From the IMG/VR virus record IMGVR_UViG_3300048834_000156, positions 1-52,781 of that record: a stretch of 52,781 nt of DNA. The stretch is one strand, 5' to 3'. This DNA is from a virus. Its lineage: Duplodnaviria > Caudoviricetes. The position numbers and the translations under genes were made by a program. Under the pieces are notes generated by a model. The model made no database searches and was not told where the DNA came from. It was given only the letters and a program-made list of their open reading frames with translations. Every line of letters starts with the position of its first letter. The first letter of the stretch is position 1. Below, piece by piece: positions 1-9,119 of this stretch.

Positions 1-127
1 CACAACACCCCACCAGAGATCGAACCTGTAGGAGCAGAGCATGCCGAGCCGTGAACCCGTACCCGCCGTGCAGCCGGTGCCGCCTCGGTACTCGCTGCTC
101 GTGGCGGCGCAGGTGCCAGAGGGTGCG
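1..127. repeat. Terminal direct repeat, copy 1 (identical to 52655-52781); probable circular-assembly overlap
   Basis: The first 127 nt match the last 127 nt. 127 is a common assembler k-mer size. The join restores capsid hexamer -> pentamer gene order. Confidence 0.9.
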
Positions 128-922
128 GAGCGTTGGCAAGGCGGCATGGCGTGGGCACCCGAGTGCGGCGGCTCGTCGGCCGGTGCCGCTGGCTGTGAGC
201 TGCCCTGGTCCGAGACCCGAGACCCTGCGCTCGGGACCGGTGCCGGTGGCATCGAAGAGGCTGACCCGTTCTACGTGTGGGCCTACGACACGTGCTCGAC
301 GCTCGGCGGTGCGTCCCGCGACTGGCAGGGCCGGGCCCGGCGTCGGCTCGAAGCATCGCAGTCGTTCCAGATCGCACGCGAGATGTGGGAGGGCGCGATC
401 GCACGGGACCAGGGCTCGCCGACCGGGTACCTGGCCGACGATCTCACGCTCGCCAGCTCCACGCCGGTGGCAGCGGCGAAGGTCGGTGTTCTCGAAGCGT
501 GGGCCGCGGAGTGCTCCGAGGGTCAACGGTCCATGCTCCACATGTCGCCGCACCTGTTCGGCCTGTACCTCGCTGCGGTCGGTTCTCCGGCCGTCACCGT
601 GTCGGGCTCGCTGGTCGTGACCGCGCTCGGGAACATCGTGGTCACCGACGCCGGGTACACCGGCCGCGGTCCGATCTCGCAGCCCGACGACGGCAAGGAG
701 TGGGCGTACATCACGCCGCTCGTGCAGATCCGGCTCGACGCCGTGGAGATCCTGCCGGGCTCTCTGAACGAGGCCCGCAACCTCGCCGCAGCGGTCAACC
801 GTCGCACCAACGACGTGACCGTGTGGGCTCAGCGGCTCGCCGCCTACCAGCTCGATCCGTGCTGCCGCTTCGGTGTCGGCACGGACGTCACCCGTCCCAC
901 CACACCAACCCCTGCAAGCTAG
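41..922 (+). CDS. Major capsid pentamer protein (second HK97-fold capsid protein)
   Basis: 293 aa; follows the capsid gene across the circular join. PPRYSLL..RWxGGxxW..PFxVxAxDxC..ARRRL pattern of Patience/Rosebush-like pentamer proteins. GGAG RBS. Confidence 0.75.
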   Translation: MPSREPVPAVQPVPPRYSLLVAAQVPEGAERWQGGMAWAPECGGSSAGAAGCELPWSETRDPALGTGAGGIEEADPFYVWAYDTCSTLGGASRDWQGRARRRLEASQSFQIAREMWEGAIARDQGSPTGYLADDLTLASSTPVAAAKVGVLEAWAAECSEGQRSMLHMSPHLFGLYLAAVGSPAVTVSGSLVVTALGNIVVTDAGYTGRGPISQPDDGKEWAYITPLVQIRLDAVEILPGSLNEARNLAAAVNRRTNDVTVWAQRLAAYQLDPCCRFGVGTDVTRPTTPTPAS

Positions 923-934
923 GAGCGACCACCC

Positions 935-1582
935 ATGGCCGAAGATTGTCTCCCCCAGGTACACGCCGTGCGGATGCGCCTCGCTGTGCTCGGCACCGAC
1001 GGTGTACCGCTGCCCGGACCCGAGAACCTGTACGTCTCGAAGGCGCTCACCACCGTGACGCTCGGCTCGAACGTCGCTGAGGCGACCGAGCTTGAGGAAC
1101 GGAACGGCTCGGACGAGATCTGCCTCAACTACACCGGCGTGCCGTCCCTCAAGAACGGCACCTTCTCGATCGAGCTGTGCCAGCCGGACCCGTACGCCGA
1201 GGCGATCCTCGGTGGCGGTGACGTGCTGACGGTCGGACCCGACGCGCCCGCTGGGTTCGCGATGCCCGCGCTCGGGCCGATCAACCGGCCCGGCATCTCG
1301 ATCGAGCTGTGGGCACACCGGATCCTGGACGGCGACATCGACCCCGACTACCCGTACGCGTGGTGGTCGATCCCGAAGGTCAAGAACCTCGTGCGGCAAG
1401 ACGCCAACATCAGCAACGAGGCGCACAAGCCGACGTACCAGGGCATCGGCTTGGAGAACCCGAACTGGTTCGACGGGCCGCTGAACGACTGGCCTGCGTC
1501 GTCTGACCGGTGGGCGCAGTGGGTCCCGTCGTCCACGGTCCCCGAACCGCAGTGCGGCTACCAGGCGCTCGTACCGAGCTGA
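935..1582 (+). CDS. Major tail (tube) protein
   Basis: 215 aa; E-rich 'ELEERNGSDEIC', 'SIELCQPDP', 'GISIELW', 'PYAWW', 'ENPNWFDGP..DWP' resemble actinophage tail tube proteins; position; followed by a terminator. Confidence 0.8.
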   Translation: MAEDCLPQVHAVRMRLAVLGTDGVPLPGPENLYVSKALTTVTLGSNVAEATELEERNGSDEICLNYTGVPSLKNGTFSIELCQPDPYAEAILGGGDVLTVGPDAPAGFAMPALGPINRPGISIELWAHRILDGDIDPDYPYAWWSIPKVKNLVRQDANISNEAHKPTYQGIGLENPNWFDGPLNDWPASSDRWAQWVPSSTVPEPQCGYQALVPS

Positions 1583-1636
1583 TACACCGAGCAGGCTCTG
1601 CCTGCTCCCGCGTGCCTGAACTGCGGTTCGGCACAA

Positions 1637-1670
1637 GCACCGCCCTCGTTCCACGGAGCGAGGGCGGTGC
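1637..1670 (+). terminator. GC-rich hairpin after major tail gene
   Basis: GCACCGCCCTCGTTCC-AC-GGAGCGAGGGCGGTGC inverted repeat. Confidence 0.7.
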
Positions 1671-1689
1671 CGCGCCTAGGCTCCCGAGC

Positions 1690-2499
1690 ATGCCTGTCGT
1701 AGATGGTGCCTCGCTCGACCGTCCTGGCGTGTGCACGCCGTGGGCCACGATCGCTGACATGCCATGCCAGACGTACGACATGGACGTAGCGCTAGCTGAG
1801 CAGGCATTGCAGTTCGCCTCGGACGTCCTGTACGAGCTGACCGGTCGGACGTGGCCGGGCGAGTGCCTCTCGACGCTGAGGCCATGCGCGCAGCGGGCAG
1901 CGCAGCCGGGGCACACCTGGTGGCCGGTCGGTGAGAGCCGCGGCTCGTGGGGTACGTGCGGATGCAACCGGGCAGCGCGGTGCGGGTGCTCGACGCTCTC
2001 AGAGGTCCGGCTCGCTGACCACGTGATCGAGGTGCTACAGGTTCGAGTGGACGGTGAGGTCGTGCCGCCGTCTGAGTGGATGCTCGACGAGCACCGCTAC
2101 CTCGTGGGGCTGCTCAAGGCCGACGGGTCACCGCGTGTGTGGCCGTGCTGCCAGCGGCTCGACATGGACGGCGACCAGCCGGGCACGTGGGAAGTGTCGA
2201 TCGTCCACGGCGGGCTGCCGCCTCGTGGCGGTGTGATGGCGTCGGCGTCGCTGGCGTGCGAGCTGCTCAAGGCGATGGGCCCGGATGCGAAGGGCTGCCG
2301 TCTCCCGAAGCGGGTCACGTCGATCACCAGGCAGGGGGTCAGCGTCGCCGTGCTCGATCCGCTGACGCTGTTCGCTGACGGGCTGACCGGGCTGCCCGAG
2401 GTGGACCTCTGGGTCTCGTCGCTGCTGGTGGGTCGGAAGCGTCGCCGTGGTCGGCTCATCATCCCTGGCCGCGGCCGGGCCCGGCACGTGCGCCGCTGA
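1690..2499 (+). CDS. Head-to-tail adaptor
   Basis: Cys-rich; 'ASDVLYELTGR', 'LACELLKA..CRLPKRVTSITRQGVS..GLTGLPEVDLW' typical of actinophage adaptors. Start reassigned to ATG 1690, 7 nt after TAGGCT. Confidence 0.8.
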   Translation: MPVVDGASLDRPGVCTPWATIADMPCQTYDMDVALAEQALQFASDVLYELTGRTWPGECLSTLRPCAQRAAQPGHTWWPVGESRGSWGTCGCNRAARCGCSTLSEVRLADHVIEVLQVRVDGEVVPPSEWMLDEHRYLVGLLKADGSPRVWPCCQRLDMDGDQPGTWEVSIVHGGLPPRGGVMASASLACELLKAMGPDAKGCRLPKRVTSITRQGVSVAVLDPLTLFADGLTGLPEVDLWVSSLLVGRKRRRGRLIIPGRGRARHVRR

Positions 2500-2520
2500 C
2501 AGGTTCCCCGCTCCCGTTCT

Positions 2521-2580
2521 ATACCGCGGTATGGAAGTGTGATACGGTGCAACCTGTGAACACGGCAACCACCCAAGGAG
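2521..2580 (+). promoter_or_regulatory. Palindrome ATACCGCGGTAT, -10 TACGGT and RBS ACCCAAGGAG
   Basis: Palindrome 2521-2532, -10 at 2543-2548, RBS 2571-2580; same cassette recurs genome-wide. Confidence 0.75.
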
Positions 2581-2588
2581 ACGCCGCC

Positions 2589-3002
2589 ATGAACACCACC
2601 GCTCACACACTCGACGACCTGCTCGTCATGTTCGACAGCGACACACCCGGCGCACGACTCGACGCTCTGCGGATCGCCCGCGACCTCGGACTGCGCGACG
2701 ACATGCGCGCCGTACTCGAAGCCCGTCGGGCAGCCGAAGCCCGAACCCGAGCCGCCGACGAGGCGTTTAGCGAGTTCTGCTACCGGCAGTCGCTGTCGAA
2801 CGTGCACCTGCAAGAACTTGCCGACAGCGGCGACCCGCAGGCACGGCAGGCGCAGATCCTGCTCGAACTGCCGACGATCTCGGACCGGATCGCAGCCAAA
2901 GGCTGGATGCACCGGTTCCTCAACGCCACACCCGACGCAGGCCGACCGTCGGACGCTCTGCGGGTCGTGGTGAGCGGCATGATCGCGGGGTACCCGGCAT
3001 GA
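2589..3002 (+). CDS. Hypothetical protein (moron-like, own promoter)
   Basis: ATG 8 nt after ACCCAAGGAG; 137 aa. Confidence 0.7.
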   Translation: MNTTAHTLDDLLVMFDSDTPGARLDALRIARDLGLRDDMRAVLEARRAAEARTRAADEAFSEFCYRQSLSNVHLQELADSGDPQARQAQILLELPTISDRIAAKGWMHRFLNATPDAGRPSDALRVVVSGMIAGYPA

Positions 3003-3166
3003 CGTACCTCTGCCCGATCTGCGAGAACGAGATGACCGACGACGAGGTGCAGAGCGGTGCGATCGCGCTTGTCGTGGACGTCGCCGCCAGCGACCGGCAC
3101 GACGTCGTGATCGTCGAGGCGCACGAGCAGTGCGCGCTCGACTCACCCGACCATCACGTGCGGTAG
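2999..3166 (+). CDS. Small Cys/His (CPIC...HxxC) hypothetical protein
   Basis: 55 aa ORF, MTYLCPICENE..., with ATGA overlap; below the ORF-track cutoff. Confidence 0.55.
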   Translation: MTYLCPICENEMTDDEVQSGAIALVVDVAASDRHDVVIVEAHEQCALDSPDHHVR

Positions 3167-3192
3167 CCTCGGCAGCGAGCAAGACCCGGAGC

Positions 3193-3228
3193 AGAGATCC
3201 CGGTTCCCTTCGAGGGGCCGGGATCTCT
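3193..3228 (+). terminator. Hairpin terminator, homologous to 36272-36309
   Basis: AGAGATCCCGGTTCCC-TTCG-AGGGGCCGGGATCTCT. Confidence 0.75.
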
Positions 3229-3235
3229 CGCGTAC

Positions 3236-3256
3236 ATACCGCGGTATAGGTAGTGT
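3236..3256 (+). promoter_or_regulatory. Palindrome ATACCGCGGTAT plus -10 TAGTGT for a probably leaderless glycosyltransferase operon
   Basis: Palindrome 3236-3247; TAGTGT 3251-3256; ATG 8 nt downstream; no SD. Confidence 0.65.
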
Positions 3257-3264
3257 CCTCGGCC

Positions 3265-4941
3265 ATGACCAACACCACGCGGTACACGATCATGTACGTC
3301 GGGAACTTCCGCCCGCCGCACTCCACCGAGAACCACGTCTCGCAGGCGCTCCGCAACATCGGCCACGACGTGATCCCGCTCCAAGAGGACGACGCAGCGA
3401 CCTGGGACACGCTGCGAGATGCCCGGCCTGATCTCGTGCTCTGGACCCGCACGTGGTCCCTGCCGGAGTTCGACCAGGTAGGCGTGCTCGACGAGCTGCG
3501 CGCCGCTGGTGTGCCGACGGTCGGCTACCACCTAGACCGGTGGTGGGGTCTGCCTCGTGAGCACCAGGTGCTCGATGAGCCGTTCTTCCGGTGTGACGTG
3601 ATGGTCACCGCCGATGGTGGCCACGACGAGATGTGGGACGCGGCCTGTGTCACGCACTGGTGGTTCCCTCCCGCGGTGCTCGCTGAGCAGGCCGTGCTCG
3701 GCAAGCCGGTCGCCCGTCGCCGGTACCCGGTCGGGTTCGTGGGGAGCTGGCACCGCTACCACCCCGAGTGGCCCTGGCGCACCGAGCTGATCCGGCACCT
3801 GCGCCGCATGTACGGCCGTGAGTTCGTGGCGTGGCCGCAAGGTGGACAGCCAGCGGTGCGAGGCCCGGCTCTGGCCGACGTGTACGCGTCGATCGACGTG
3901 GTGGTGGGTGACTCGTGCCTGGTCGGTGAGGCCTCCCGGTACTGGTCCGACCGCATCCCCGAGACGCTCGGCCGCGGCGGGTTCCTGATCCACCCCTACG
4001 TCGAGGGCATCGAGGACCACTACACCGACGGTGAGCACCTGGTGCTCGTGGAACCTCAGTCGTGGCCAGCGATGCGCGACGCGATCGAGAAGTGGCGGCG
4101 CGACCCTGACGGCCGGGCCGAGATCGCCGCGGCCGGGCGCGCGCACGTGCTCGCCCATCACACATACGAGCACCGCATGACCGAGCTGGTGGAGCGGCTC
4201 GAAGCGGCGCAGATCCTCACCCCGTTCGAGAAGCGGTCCGGGCCCGTCGTCGTGTCGAGCCGTGGGCTGTCCGCTTCGTTCGACCTGCGGCCAGAGAGCA
4301 CCGATGGCACCGTGGTGCGGGAGGTCTGGCACGAGAACGTGTACGGGCTCGAACCTGCCGACGTCGAGGGCAAGGTGGTGCTCGACGTCGGCGCGAACGT
4401 CGGTGCGTTCTCCGTGTGGGCCGCGCTGCACGGTGCGTTGAAGGTGATTGCCGTCGAGCCTGAGCATTCCAATGTCGAGCGGCTGTACCACCACATGAAG
4501 CGCAACGCCGTCGATCTGGTCATGTCGATCGCTGTGGTTGCGGTCAGCGAGGAGGTCGGACCCCGAACGATGACGGTCGTACCCGGCGAGCAGGGCGGAT
4601 CTCAGATGTGGCGGCACGGCCAGCGGCGGGCCGATGACGACCGCGGCAACACGATCGAGGTCGAGACGTGCACGCTTGGAGATCTCATCGCTGACGCCGG
4701 TGGACACGTGGACGTCCTCAAGATCGACATAGAGGGCAGCGAGTACGAGGTGCTCACGCACGCTGCGCAGGTCGGCACGCTGGCTCAGGTGGACCGGATC
4801 GTCGGCGAGTGGCACCCGTGGGTCGGCGACACGAGAGGGTTCGGCGACTGGTTCGCTGGGCTGCTCGACTTCGGTCGGCTCTCGATCATGGGTCATCCCG
4901 ACAAGGGCGGGCAGTTCGAGTGGAAGCGGTACGGGGCATGA
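3265..4941 (+). CDS. Glycosyltransferase (GT-B, CgeB-like) fused to FkbM-family methyltransferase
   Basis: N-half 'YASIDVVVGDS..YWSDRIPETLGRGGFLIHP..GRAHVLAHHTYEHR'; C-half SAM motif 'VVLDVGANVGAFS' and 'DVLKIDIEGSEYEV'. Confidence 0.85.
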   Translation: MTNTTRYTIMYVGNFRPPHSTENHVSQALRNIGHDVIPLQEDDAATWDTLRDARPDLVLWTRTWSLPEFDQVGVLDELRAAGVPTVGYHLDRWWGLPREHQVLDEPFFRCDVMVTADGGHDEMWDAACVTHWWFPPAVLAEQAVLGKPVARRRYPVGFVGSWHRYHPEWPWRTELIRHLRRMYGREFVAWPQGGQPAVRGPALADVYASIDVVVGDSCLVGEASRYWSDRIPETLGRGGFLIHPYVEGIEDHYTDGEHLVLVEPQSWPAMRDAIEKWRRDPDGRAEIAAAGRAHVLAHHTYEHRMTELVERLEAAQILTPFEKRSGPVVVSSRGLSASFDLRPESTDGTVVREVWHENVYGLEPADVEGKVVLDVGANVGAFSVWAALHGALKVIAVEPEHSNVERLYHHMKRNAVDLVMSIAVVAVSEEVGPRTMTVVPGEQGGSQMWRHGQRRADDDRGNTIEVETCTLGDLIADAGGHVDVLKIDIEGSEYEVLTHAAQVGTLAQVDRIVGEWHPWVGDTRGFGDWFAGLLDFGRLSIMGHPDKGGQFEWKRYGA

Positions 4942-5186
4942 GCAGCGGCCGGTCGTGTGTGAACTGCACCTTCGCTGCGATGGAGATGGACGACAACGGC
5001 CCGGCGATGGAATGCCATCGGCACCCGCCTGTGTCGCTGCTCGAACCGGTCAAGCCGCTCGACGACAGCGACCCGGAGCTGACAGCCGAGTACGAGACGC
5101 TCGTGCAGATCGAGCAGCCAGGTAGGTATCCGCGGGTCCGTGTCGAGGACTGGTGCGGCGAGTGGAAAGAGGTTGGGTCATGGTGA
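4938..5186 (+). CDS. Small Cys-rich hypothetical protein
   Basis: CxxC...ECHRHPP...YPRV..EDWCGEW, a common phage small-protein pattern; ATGA coupling. Confidence 0.7.
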   Translation: MSSGRSCVNCTFAAMEMDDNGPAMECHRHPPVSLLEPVKPLDDSDPELTAEYETLVQIEQPGRYPRVRVEDWCGEWKEVGSW

Positions 5187-6217
5187 AACTGGGGATGCTG
5201 GCACGGGCAGAGGACCGCGGGCTCGGGATCATGCTGTGGGAGTTCGCCCGGCACATGCGACCTGACCGCACATTGGTCGTGGACATGGGCGAGCTGGGCC
5301 GCGGGTTCCCGATGCACCTGGACCGCTACGACGAGCCGACCGTCACCGCGTTCGATGGGCAGCGCTTCACCGACGAGACGACGGTGAAGGCGTGGCTCGC
5401 CGGGCTCGACGTCGTGTACGTCGCTGAGACCTGGTACGACGAGCGATTCCCAGACTGGTGCCATGACCTCGGGGTCCGATGCGTGCTCCACGTGATGCCC
5501 GAGTTCTGGCGATGGGGACACAGGCACATGCCCGCGGTAGTCACGTGGGCTCCGACGTCGTGGCGGCTCTCCACGCTGCCGCCACGCACCCAGATCGTGC
5601 CGGTGCCGGTGCCGCTCGACAGGTGGCCGATGCCGGTCGTCTCTGACGGTGGGCCGCTGCGCGTGCTCCACGTCGCTGGCAAGCGGGCCGCTGGTGACCG
5701 CAACGGCACGACGCTGTTCGCTGCCGCGCTCGCCCGGACCTCTGCACCGATGCGGGTGACGGTCTCCACACAGGACGACCGGCTACCGCGGCTCGGACGA
5801 GATCTCGCCGGGCTCGACGTCGAGACGCGGATCGGTGGCGTCGGCAACTACTGGGAGCAGTACGCCGACCATGACCTGCTCGTGATGCCGCGCCGGTACG
5901 GCGGTCTGTCGCTCCCGGTGAACGAGGCCGCGGGCGCAGGGCTCGGACTGGTGCTCTCGGCGTGCCGCCCGAACGTGCACGAGTGGCCATGCGAAGCGGT
6001 CAAGGTCGATGCCCGCGGCGCGATGGCCACGCCTGCCGGGACGATCCCGTCGCATGCGGTCTCGACGCCAGCTCTGGCCCGGCTGCTGAACGACCTCGCA
6101 CGAGATCCCGAGCGGGTCGCTGGGCTGGCGCGCGCGGCTCGTCGCTGGGCTGTGTCGCGCTCGTGGACCGAGATGCTCCACGAGTACCGGTGCGCTCTTG
6201 AGGCGGCGTGCGAGTGA
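5180..6217 (+). CDS. Glycosyltransferase (GT4-like)
   Basis: 'DLLVMPRRYGGLSLPVNEAAGAGL' resembles the GT-B donor-binding segment; C-terminal 'SW' helix. Confidence 0.8.
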   Translation: MVKLGMLARAEDRGLGIMLWEFARHMRPDRTLVVDMGELGRGFPMHLDRYDEPTVTAFDGQRFTDETTVKAWLAGLDVVYVAETWYDERFPDWCHDLGVRCVLHVMPEFWRWGHRHMPAVVTWAPTSWRLSTLPPRTQIVPVPVPLDRWPMPVVSDGGPLRVLHVAGKRAAGDRNGTTLFAAALARTSAPMRVTVSTQDDRLPRLGRDLAGLDVETRIGGVGNYWEQYADHDLLVMPRRYGGLSLPVNEAAGAGLGLVLSACRPNVHEWPCEAVKVDARGAMATPAGTIPSHAVSTPALARLLNDLARDPERVAGLARAARRWAVSRSWTEMLHEYRCALEAACE

Positions 6218-7203
6218 AGATCGGCCGGTACGTCTCGATGCGCCACTACGCCGAGCACATCGACCCGGTGTGGTCAGCGTTGCCCGAGTCGGCCCGTGGT
6301 GTGGCGTGGGCTGCTCCTGGCGTGTCTCGTGGAGCAACAGTGCCAAACCACAACCTGTCGCCTGAGAACGCAAACCAGCCGATGATCGTGGCGTCGTGGC
6401 CTGATGCGGTCACGTGGCCGGTGCGGACGCGAGAGCTGATCTACATGGAGCACGGCGCAGGGCAGACCTACGCCGGAGATCCAGCGATGGCGACCGCGCC
6501 CGGCTGGTCCGGCACCCGAGACCCGACGCTCGAACGGGTGCTGCTGTTCCTCTGCCCGTCGGTGACTGTGGCCACCAGGTGGCGCGCCCGGTACCCCGGT
6601 CGGGCCGTGGCCGTCGGGTGCCCGAAGCTCGACGCATGGCATCGCCAGCCGCGCGGAGTACCGCGCGCACGGCCAGCCGTCGCGGTCACGTTCCACTGGG
6701 ACTGCCAGCTCGGACCCGAGACCCGCTCGGCGTGGCGTCACTACGACCGGCACCTGGCCGACCTCGCCAGATGGTGCCGGACGAACGACGTCGAGCTGCT
6801 CGGGCACGGGCACCCGCGCATGTGGTCCGTCATCCGTCGCCGCTGGGAGCAGCTCGGCGTCGAACCTGTCCAGCACCTCTCGACTGTGCTCAACCGTGCG
6901 CATGTGCTCGTGGCCGACAACACCTCCGCGGCGTACGAGTTCGCGTCGCTCGGTCGGCCGGTCGTCGTGGCCAACGCGCCGTGGTACCGCCGCTACGTCG
7001 AGCACGGGCTGAGGTTCTGGTCTCACCCGCCCGGCCGGATGATCGACCACGGGGCCGAGCTGGTCGGTGCCGTGGCCAACGCTCTCGCTGACCCTGACGC
7101 AGACCGCGAGATCAGAGACCACGCCGTCGCAGCCGCCTACCATGCGTGTGACGGCCGAGCTGCCGAGCGTGCCGCTGCCGCCATCATGGAGCTGATCGCA
7201 TGA
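6214..7203 (+). CDS. GT-B fold transferase (CDP-glycerol glycerophosphotransferase/TagF-like)
   Basis: 'YMEHGAG', 'VGCPKLD', 'GHGHPR', 'HVLVADNTSAAYEFASLGRPVV', 'DGRAAERAA' motifs. Confidence 0.7.
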   Translation: MKIGRYVSMRHYAEHIDPVWSALPESARGVAWAAPGVSRGATVPNHNLSPENANQPMIVASWPDAVTWPVRTRELIYMEHGAGQTYAGDPAMATAPGWSGTRDPTLERVLLFLCPSVTVATRWRARYPGRAVAVGCPKLDAWHRQPRGVPRARPAVAVTFHWDCQLGPETRSAWRHYDRHLADLARWCRTNDVELLGHGHPRMWSVIRRRWEQLGVEPVQHLSTVLNRAHVLVADNTSAAYEFASLGRPVVVANAPWYRRYVEHGLRFWSHPPGRMIDHGAELVGAVANALADPDADREIRDHAVAAAYHACDGRAAERAAAAIMELIA

Positions 7204-7694
7204 CGCACAACCCGAAGGCACCGTGGCCACGCCGCACGTCGCCCGTGGCAGACGTGCAGGATCCGAAGCAGGCGTTTGCCGACCGGGTGCGTCGCCTCGG
7301 TGGTGCCGACGACGTGGTGCAGATGGTGCTCGACTCGTGGGACGATCCCGACTGGACCGACCGGGATCAGGTCGTGTCGCTCTCCGATGAGGCGCTCGCC
7401 GCGGAGCTGGCCGAGATCGAGCGCGAGCACTACCGGCACACACACGATGAGGAAGAGGAAGCCGCCGAGCGTGCCGCGGCTCGCCTCGCTGCCCTTGTTG
7501 CACAGGCTGTGGACGGCACTGTGGACGAGGCGCTCGCGACGCTCGCCGAGCACGACAACGATCCCGAGTTGGCCGCGGCGATCCTCGCCGCCGAGCATCT
7601 CGCCGAGAAGCCGCGCAAGACCCTGGTAGAGCCGCTGACCGAGATCATCGAAGCGGCCACCGCACCCGAGAGCGACGACGGTGCCGAGGCCTGA
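7200..7694 (+). CDS. Acidic helical hypothetical protein (possibly virion-associated)
   Basis: 164 aa coupled ORF; C-terminal 'AEKPRKTLVEPL'. Confidence 0.6.
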   Translation: MTHNPKAPWPRRTSPVADVQDPKQAFADRVRRLGGADDVVQMVLDSWDDPDWTDRDQVVSLSDEALAAELAEIEREHYRHTHDEEEEAAERAAARLAALVAQAVDGTVDEALATLAEHDNDPELAAAILAAEHLAEKPRKTLVEPLTEIIEAATAPESDDGAEA

Positions 7695-8199
7695 GCGGAT
7701 CTACAACGTTGCCCGCGAGGCTCTAGAGATCGCTGTCGCTGCGCTCAACACGGCAGCGGCTGAGGCCGCGCCCGGCACACCAGAGGCCGCGGCGGTCGCA
7801 CCGGCCCGCCAGTACGTCAGCGATGGTCCGCTTGTGGCGTGGGACTGCGAGCAGGTGGTGGTCACCGTCGAGAACACGTTCGGGCACCAGGGCGACCCGA
7901 CCGCCGAGCGGTCGCTCGTGGACTGCCTGACCATGCGCGCCGTGACGCTCGGCATCTGGATCGTGCGGTGCGCGCCCACGATGGACGACGACGGCGAGCC
8001 ACCGCCGGCAGAGACGATCGACTCGAACGCTCTCGTCACGCTCGCTGACCCTGGCATCGTCACCGACGCGATCGTCTCGGCGTACAAGGCCGGTGCGTTC
8101 GGGTACGGGCTCGCCGTCGAGCAGTGGCAGGGCGTCGGTCCCGAGGGCGGTCTCGTCGGCGGTGTGCTCCGGCTGCGTGTCGATCTGACGGCGGTGTAG
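7681..8199 (+). CDS. Tail terminator / head-tail joining protein
   Basis: 'VAWDCEQVVV', 'IVRCAP', 'GPEGGLVGG' and gene order. Confidence 0.65.
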   Translation: MPRPERIYNVAREALEIAVAALNTAAAEAAPGTPEAAAVAPARQYVSDGPLVAWDCEQVVVTVENTFGHQGDPTAERSLVDCLTMRAVTLGIWIVRCAPTMDDDGEPPPAETIDSNALVTLADPGIVTDAIVSAYKAGAFGYGLAVEQWQGVGPEGGLVGGVLRLRVDLTAV

Positions 8200-8202
8200 C
8201 TC

Positions 8203-8652
8203 GTGGCGCTCGGCGGCTCGTTCGGTGGTCGGGTGGTCATGGACCCGTCGCAGGTGGCGCGGCTCATGTCCGACCCGAACCAGCCGGTCATGCGCGACAT
8301 GATCCGCCAGGGCACGCGGGTCAAGCGTGAAGCTCAGCGGCTCGTGGGCGTCTACAAGCCGCCACCGGCCGGGCCGCGGCGGGCCCGGAAGCCGGGCACC
8401 CTGCGTGACTCGATCGTCATGCGTGTCGTGCAGGACGGCGACGGTGCGGCGGTGATCGTCGGGTCAGAGGACCCGGTAGCGCTGATCCACCATGAGGGCA
8501 CGATCCCGCATCGCATCGTGGCGAAGAACGCACCGCTGCTCGTGTTCTGGTCCGGTCGAGCTGGCCGGGTGGTGAAGGTGCGTGCGGTCAACCACCCAGG
8601 CACCAAACCGAACAGGTACCTTGTGAATGCTCTCAGAGCGATCGAAACCTAG
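8203..8652 (+). CDS. HK97 gp10-like tail completion protein
   Basis: 'GTLRDSI', 'HEGTIPHRI', 'VNHPGTKPNRYL'. Confidence 0.75.
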   Translation: MALGGSFGGRVVMDPSQVARLMSDPNQPVMRDMIRQGTRVKREAQRLVGVYKPPPAGPRRARKPGTLRDSIVMRVVQDGDGAAVIVGSEDPVALIHHEGTIPHRIVAKNAPLLVFWSGRAGRVVKVRAVNHPGTKPNRYLVNALRAIET

Positions 8653-8669
8653 AGAAGGAACCACGCGCC

Positions 8670-9119
8670 ATGACCGATGCACCCGACTTCGCTGTCTCCA
8701 ACGAGGCCGACCAGGACCTGCCACCGATCCCGTTCTCGATCTCCGGTGTGTACGCACCGTCGAGCCAGAAGTCCGGCACATGGCGTGAGTCGTTCGAGGC
8801 GATGGCCCTGCCACCTGCGAGCATCGCAGCGAACATGGCTGAGATGTTCTTCATGGACGAGGCCTCAGGCCGACGCCAGATCAACCCGGCCGCGGTGACC
8901 GGGTTCATCCGCGACACTCTCCCCGAGGATGACTCGCGCCGGTTCATGAACGTGATCTACGACAAGAACAGGCTCGTCAAGATCGACGTGCTTATCAAGG
9001 TCATGGACTACCTGGTGGAGAGGTACACGGGTTTCCCTACTGGACGGCTCTCGCACTCTTCGCCTGGTGGTGGCACCACCGGCGATGGGTCGCCGGGGCC
9101 GCTCGGCTGGCAGGACTGA
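8670..9119 (+). CDS. Tail assembly chaperone (gpG-like)
   Basis: Upstream of tape measure gene; contains slippery G GGT TTC at 9029-9035. Confidence 0.8.
   Translation: MTDAPDFAVSNEADQDLPPIPFSISGVYAPSSQKSGTWRESFEAMALPPASIAANMAEMFFMDEASGRRQINPAAVTGFIRDTLPEDDSRRFMNVIYDKNRLVKIDVLIKVMDYLVERYTGFPTGRLSHSSPGGGTTGDGSPGPLGWQD

Noticed and set aside
1-127. Biological terminal repeat or att site
   Set aside because: The length of exactly 127 nt and its position cutting into a gene start fit an assembler k-mer overlap of a circular contig, not physical ends.
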